From: Candidatus Latescibacterota bacterium
GTDB lineage: Bacteria; Latescibacterota; UBA2968
Length of the DNA: 64,000 nt
Direction of reading: 5' to 3'
Assembly (NCBI GenBank): GCA_965207885.1
Contig: OZ242311.1
Location: forward strand, 3,840,001-3,904,000
Within the stretch, counting starts at the first letter, position 1. Each line of letters begins with the position of its first letter. A program made the translations under genes and the position numbers. Positions 59,997-64,000 of the stretch are shown piece by piece. A model generated the notes under the pieces. It worked only from the letters and a program-made list of their open reading frames with translations. It was not told where the DNA came from and did no database searches.

Positions 59997-60368
59997 ATGG
60001 GCGCAACACACGTCACAGTCAGAATTACAAACCCGGCGGATCCGGACAGGTTTTGGGAAGGGCTTTTTCTGGTGGATACAGGAGCAACCGATTCCCTGGT
60101 GCCCAGACCTTACTTGGAAGCCATCGGCCTGAAGCCGAAGGGCAAGAGAGTATACGAACTTGCAGACGGCACTGACCTCGCCATCGATATCACCACGGCT
60201 GACCTCGAATTCATGGGTGAGATAGTCGGCGGGACGATCATCATGGGGGCGGAGAGCGCGGAGCCACTACTGGGCGTGACTGCGCTGGAATCCGTCGGTA
60301 TAGAAGTAGATCCGTTGAATCAGCAGTTGAAGAGGTTGCCAGCCGTACGGCTCAAGGGGCTGGTGTGA
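59997..60368 (+). CDS. Clan AA (retropepsin-like) aspartic protease
   Basis: SD AAGGAG; LVDTGA, YELADG, PLLGVTALE..G..VDP. Confidence 0.88.
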   Translation: MGATHVTVRITNPADPDRFWEGLFLVDTGATDSLVPRPYLEAIGLKPKGKRVYELADGTDLAIDITTADLEFMGEIVGGTIIMGAESAEPLLGVTALESVGIEVDPLNQQLKRLPAVRLKGLV

Positions 60369-60748
60369 TCATCGTCCTCTCAAAGCGCAAGCTTGCCTCA
60401 CGAAAGAACAAAATCGTGCTCCTCAACGCCAGCCAGCGCGTGCGTAAGGGCCGTCCAAAAAACTATATTCCGGAAGAAGACTTGCGTCCACTCGCAGCAG
60501 CCTATCTCAAGGGCGAACCAGTCGAGGATGAGATCGCTGTCGTTACGCGGGAGCAAGTAGAAGAAGCAGATTACAACTTCAGTCCAAGCAGGTGGATTTT
60601 AGAAATAAAGAACAATGAAGTATCTTCCGTCAAGGAACTAATTGATCAACTCGCCACGCTATCAAAAGAGCAATTCCAGCATGATGAAAAACTATTTGCT
60701 CTCTTGAAGCCGCTAACTGATGGAACACTCAATGTCGCTACTGACTGA
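60365..60748 (+). pseudogene. Duplicate HsdM C-terminal fragment with an alternative tail
   Basis: VIIVLSKRK...YNFSPSRW nearly identical to the hsdM end, followed by a different helical tail. Confidence 0.8.
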
Positions 60749-61997
60749 ATGGGGCCAGCATCGCTTAAGTGAGGTAACTGTTCCGGCAACGAAATGGAAT
60801 CCTCGCCTTGATCCCCGTCCTTCAATCCGTTATATCGATGTTTCGGCTGTTTCGCGGGATGAACTCAGGATCGTCTCTGAGGCAACATACTCGTCAAATG
60901 ACGCCCCAAGCCGGGCTCGCAAAATCGTAAAGGCTGGAGATACAATCTTCGCAACGATCCGCCCCACTCTGCGGCGAATTGCACAGATACCGTCGTCTTT
61001 GGATGGTGAAATTGTCTCCACGGCCTTTTGCGTCCTTCGACCCGATCTTAAGGTGATTGACACGGATTTTCTCTACTTCGCCACGCAGCTTGAGTCCGTA
61101 ATGAAGGGGATCTCTGCTATGGAGTCGGGCGCAAGCTATCCAGCGGTAAGGGATGTTGACGTTCTCGATCAAGTAGTTCCTCTTCCTCCTTTGCTTGAGC
61201 AAAGGGAAATTGCTACAGTTCTCAACACCATACGCACTGCTTTGCTCCATCAAACTAAATGTGAAGAAAACGCAACCGCTCTCAAACGCGCTACGATGCA
61301 AGAGGTATTCACTCAGGGCCTGCGAGGCGAAGTGCAAAAGGAAACTGAGATCGGTACGATACCGGAGAGTTGGGTTACCGAGACGATCAACGATCACTTC
61401 TCAGTTGTTACAGGTGGGACTCCACCTCGAAGAATACCAACGTTCTGGACCGGTGGTATGATCCCATGGGTGAAGACAACCGAGGTTGACTATTGCGTTA
61501 TTCAGAAGACTGAAGAACATATCACACAAGCTGGTCTTGATGGGTCAGCAGCAAAACTGCTTCCTCCAGGTACACTACTCATGGCAATGTATGGGCAGGG
61601 CGTTACACGAGGCAAGGTTGCAATCCTCGGGGTCGAGGCGACATGTAATCAAGCATGCGCTGCTATCAATCCGCACGATAATGTAGTTGATACCAAATAC
61701 CTCTATCACTTTCTATCCTTTCGCTATGAGGCAATCCGTCGCTTGGCACATGGTGGACAACAACAGAATCTGAACTTGGATATTGTGCGTGGCCTTCCCA
61801 TAGCATATCCAACTAACCCAGAGGAGCAATGCGAAATCGTCACTATCCTCGACACCATTGACCGCAAAATTGACTTACACCGAAGGAAACGCGCAGTGCT
61901 CGACGATTTGTTCAAAGTGCTGCTGCACAAGCTGATGACGGGGGAGATACGGGTGGGGGAGCCTAGACTCATGACGGCTACTTCAGCGGAGGAATAG
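60720..61997 (+). CDS. hsdS: Type I restriction-modification specificity subunit
   Basis: Two TRDs, PLPPL.EQREI, KETEIG.IPESW, TGGTP, EQ.EIV.IL...L..LF..LLHKLMTGEIRV. Confidence 0.93.
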   Translation: MEHSMSLLTEWGQHRLSEVTVPATKWNPRLDPRPSIRYIDVSAVSRDELRIVSEATYSSNDAPSRARKIVKAGDTIFATIRPTLRRIAQIPSSLDGEIVSTAFCVLRPDLKVIDTDFLYFATQLESVMKGISAMESGASYPAVRDVDVLDQVVPLPPLLEQREIATVLNTIRTALLHQTKCEENATALKRATMQEVFTQGLRGEVQKETEIGTIPESWVTETINDHFSVVTGGTPPRRIPTFWTGGMIPWVKTTEVDYCVIQKTEEHITQAGLDGSAAKLLPPGTLLMAMYGQGVTRGKVAILGVEATCNQACAAINPHDNVVDTKYLYHFLSFRYEAIRRLAHGGQQQNLNLDIVRGLPIAYPTNPEEQCEIVTILDTIDRKIDLHRRKRAVLDDLFKVLLHKLMTGEIRVGEPRLMTATSAEE

Positions 61998-61998
61998 T

Positions 61999-62946
61999 AT
62001 GCGAGAGTTCATAGAACTGCTCAATCAAGCGGCGGAACTGAACTCAAAGTTCCTTCCGTACGTGGACGTGCGCGAACTGCACCAGCGCATCTCCGACTTC
62101 AGGAAGCTCAACTTCGGCTTGCTTTCGTATGGAGACCTGGTACAAGCCATTCAGCAGGTCGTCATGTTCGACACGCCGAACGGAAGGATCAGTGTGCTGC
62201 AGCCTGTGGGCGGCCAGTATCCTGCGGGAACCCACTTCTACCGGGTCAGGCGCATTCCCAAGGACGATCACACGATTCCCTTGAAATCAATGTCGAAGAT
62301 CGATGACTGCTGGGAGCCGCCTCGGGAGGTTGTACCAATCGGGAGGCTGAACAAGGAACACGAACCACTCCTCTATACCTCGCCAATCGACCCGCGCGTG
62401 GCTATTGACGAACTCAAGGTCCCCGACGGAGAATGGTTCAGCCTGATCGTGTACGAGGCAGTCGAGGAAGTGAACGTGACGATTATCGGCAGGCAGCCCG
62501 ACACAGAAGATATCGACGACACCGACGCGCTGAAGGTTGAGATGCTCCAAGGGTTTCTGCGTGATGAGTTCACCCGTGATGTAGGTACGGGCACTGAGTA
62601 TCTTTATCGGATTTCGGAGATCATTGCAAAGAACTACTTTGATCTCCCGCCCGCGATGCAGGACGCCTGGTGCTACCCGTCAATAGTGGACAAAAACAAA
62701 TTCAACGTCGCATTCCGCCCCAATACACGCACGAAGCTGCGGCTGACCGGCGTGGAGATAGCCAAGGTCAGCAGGATGGCGGCCGGGGAACTCGCGCTTG
62801 AGGTGGGCCTAGTGGTCAAGGAGAACGAAGACAGCGATGTCCTCGACTACTTCCAAATCGGCTCTCCCGAACAGCGGGAGCTGTTCCCCTGGATCACTAA
62901 GAACAAGCCTCCCGGTGCCCCGGATGGCTCTGGGGTTCCGTCATGA
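61999..62946 (+). CDS. RES domain-containing protein
   Basis: FYRVR, WEPP...GRLN...LLYTS...A..E and YPS...NVA motifs of the RES (ART-like) fold. Confidence 0.7.
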   Translation: MREFIELLNQAAELNSKFLPYVDVRELHQRISDFRKLNFGLLSYGDLVQAIQQVVMFDTPNGRISVLQPVGGQYPAGTHFYRVRRIPKDDHTIPLKSMSKIDDCWEPPREVVPIGRLNKEHEPLLYTSPIDPRVAIDELKVPDGEWFSLIVYEAVEEVNVTIIGRQPDTEDIDDTDALKVEMLQGFLRDEFTRDVGTGTEYLYRISEIIAKNYFDLPPAMQDAWCYPSIVDKNKFNVAFRPNTRTKLRLTGVEIAKVSRMAAGELALEVGLVVKENEDSDVLDYFQIGSPEQRELFPWITKNKPPGAPDGSGVPS

Positions 62947-63041
62947 TCCCCAAGGAATGCAAGCGACTGGCCGCGCTGAACTTTCCCATCGCCGAGGTGT
63001 TACGGCACATAGTGCGGAAGAACTCGTTTGATCCTGACTGA

Positions 63042-63164
63042 ATGAACCGCTGCGCCTACATCTTTCTCGACGAGTCTGGAAAATTGGCGTTCTTAGCATC
63101 CGTTGATGAAATTCCTGCAATTGGACCGACAGTGTCGGACCAATCTATTTCCCTGCTGCTATTA
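63042..63164 (+). pseudogene. Possible DUF3800-family gene remnant cut by the IS
   Basis: MNRCAYIFLDESG matches the DUF3800 N-terminal IxDESG motif; reading frame runs into the IS end. Confidence 0.4.
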
Positions 63165-63734
63165 GGTAGTGTCTGAAAAGTAAGCTTTGAAGAGTTGTCT
63201 GATACAGGCCAGCTTGACCATAGTGAGAAAATGAGTCGCCTTTTTTTCAAATCGGGTCACAATCCGTCGGCAGTGTTTAAGCCAACCAAAGAGACGCTCC
63301 ACGATATTGCGTTTGGCATATAATCTTTTATCACACTTAGGCCGTGGTCCTCTCTTACGCCGTTTTCTGCCTTTGGGAATCGCCTTGTTTGGGATAGCAG
63401 CCTTGATACCCCGTTTGCGTAGATAGACTCTGATGCGTGAGACATCATAAGATTTATCAGCTACCAGATACTTGGGTCGGTTTCTTGGACGCCCTCGTTT
63501 GGTGGGTATGCATACCTTTGACAGTAGCCTTTCAGCCTGTGTGGATTCTGACTGGTTACCAGGGAGAAGATCCACTGCTAAAGGATGCCCGACTGCATCG
63601 CAAAGAAGATGGATTTTCGTGGTCAAACCGCCACGAGAGCGTCCTAAAGCGTGATCTGGGGGCTCTTCTTCACCCTTTTTGCCCTTTTTTTTTCGCTCCT
63701 GCCGCGGCTTGTGTGGCTCGAATATGGGTTGCAT
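63162..63734 (-). CDS. IS5-family transposase, C-terminal (DDE) part
   Basis: LGRSRGGLTTKIH, ADKSYD, Y.KRNIVERLFGWLK..RRI.TRFEK. Confidence 0.9.
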   Translation of the reverse strand: MQPIFEPHKPRQERKKKGKKGEEEPPDHALGRSRGGLTTKIHLLCDAVGHPLAVDLLPGNQSESTQAERLLSKVCIPTKRGRPRNRPKYLVADKSYDVSRIRVYLRKRGIKAAIPNKAIPKGRKRRKRGPRPKCDKRLYAKRNIVERLFGWLKHCRRIVTRFEKKATHFLTMVKLACIRQLFKAYFSDTT

Positions 63735-64000
63735 CCATCATCCAGGTCGCATAATCTAAAAGACCATCTTCACCCAATTTGAGATGTAGCTTTTCTACAA
63801 TGCGATCAAAGGTGCCATCCTGTTTCCATTTGCAGAATCGGTCAAAGGCTGTCTGCCAAGGACCATATCGTTCTGGCAGGTCGCGCCAAGCTGCACCTGA
63901 ACACAATATCCAGAAGATCCCGTTGAATAATGTACGATCATCCCGACGGGGACGACCCATCTTCTTCGGCGGTGGGAACAGGTCTTGGATCAGATGCCAA
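63163..64000 (-). mobile_element. IS5-family insertion sequence (other end outside the window)
   Basis: Terminal (TA)GGTAGTGTCTGAAAAG; transposase split into two ORFs. Confidence 0.88.
63670..64000 (-). CDS. IS5-family transposase, N-terminal part (5' end outside the window)
   Basis: WHLIQDLFP...GRPR.DDR...NGI.WIL.SGA.WRDLPERYGPWQT...RF..W...G.F; DAT.IRA. Confidence 0.9.
   Translation of the reverse strand, partial: WHLIQDLFPPPKKMGRPRRDDRTLFNGIFWILCSGAAWRDLPERYGPWQTAFDRFCKWKQDGTFDRIVEKLHLKLGEDGLLDYATWMMDATHIRATQAAAGAKKKGQKG

Overview
Bacterial chromosomal window, densely coding and mostly on the minus strand. The gene content (GWxTD protein, PorV-like barrel, T9SS-type C-terminal-domain protein, TonB receptor, DUF6785 transporters, many PhyH dioxygenases) resembles FCB-group Latescibacterota-like organisms; this is inference, not a database result. 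About 1-57.8 kb is a large catabolic/uptake region: FG-GAP/UnbV, TPR and octaheme-cytochrome genes; a TonB/PorV/GWxTD envelope cluster; three LacI paralogs; PL22-like propellers; six PhyH-family Fe/2OG genes; oxidoreductases, a sulfatase, aldolases, purN and a DUF6516 toxin-antitoxin pair. About 58-64 kb is a type I restriction-modification locus (HTH-fused HsdM, aspartic protease, duplicate HsdM C-terminus, HsdS, RES-domain protein) ending in an IS5-family element. Most notable: (1) accessory genes repeatedly bracketed by direct duplications of neighbouring gene ends, including an in-frame 237-bp repeat that could swap the HsdM tail and excise a protease; (2) an apparently near-leaderless, autoregulated HTH-HsdM with a RES effector embedded in the RM operon; (3) several PhyH enzymes whose HxD iron motif is replaced by HxG/HxA, as in halogenases; (4) LacI paralogs altered by an A8 frameshift and by HTH loss. 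No rRNA, tRNA or CRISPR array was recognised. All family calls come from visual motif recognition; no searches were run.
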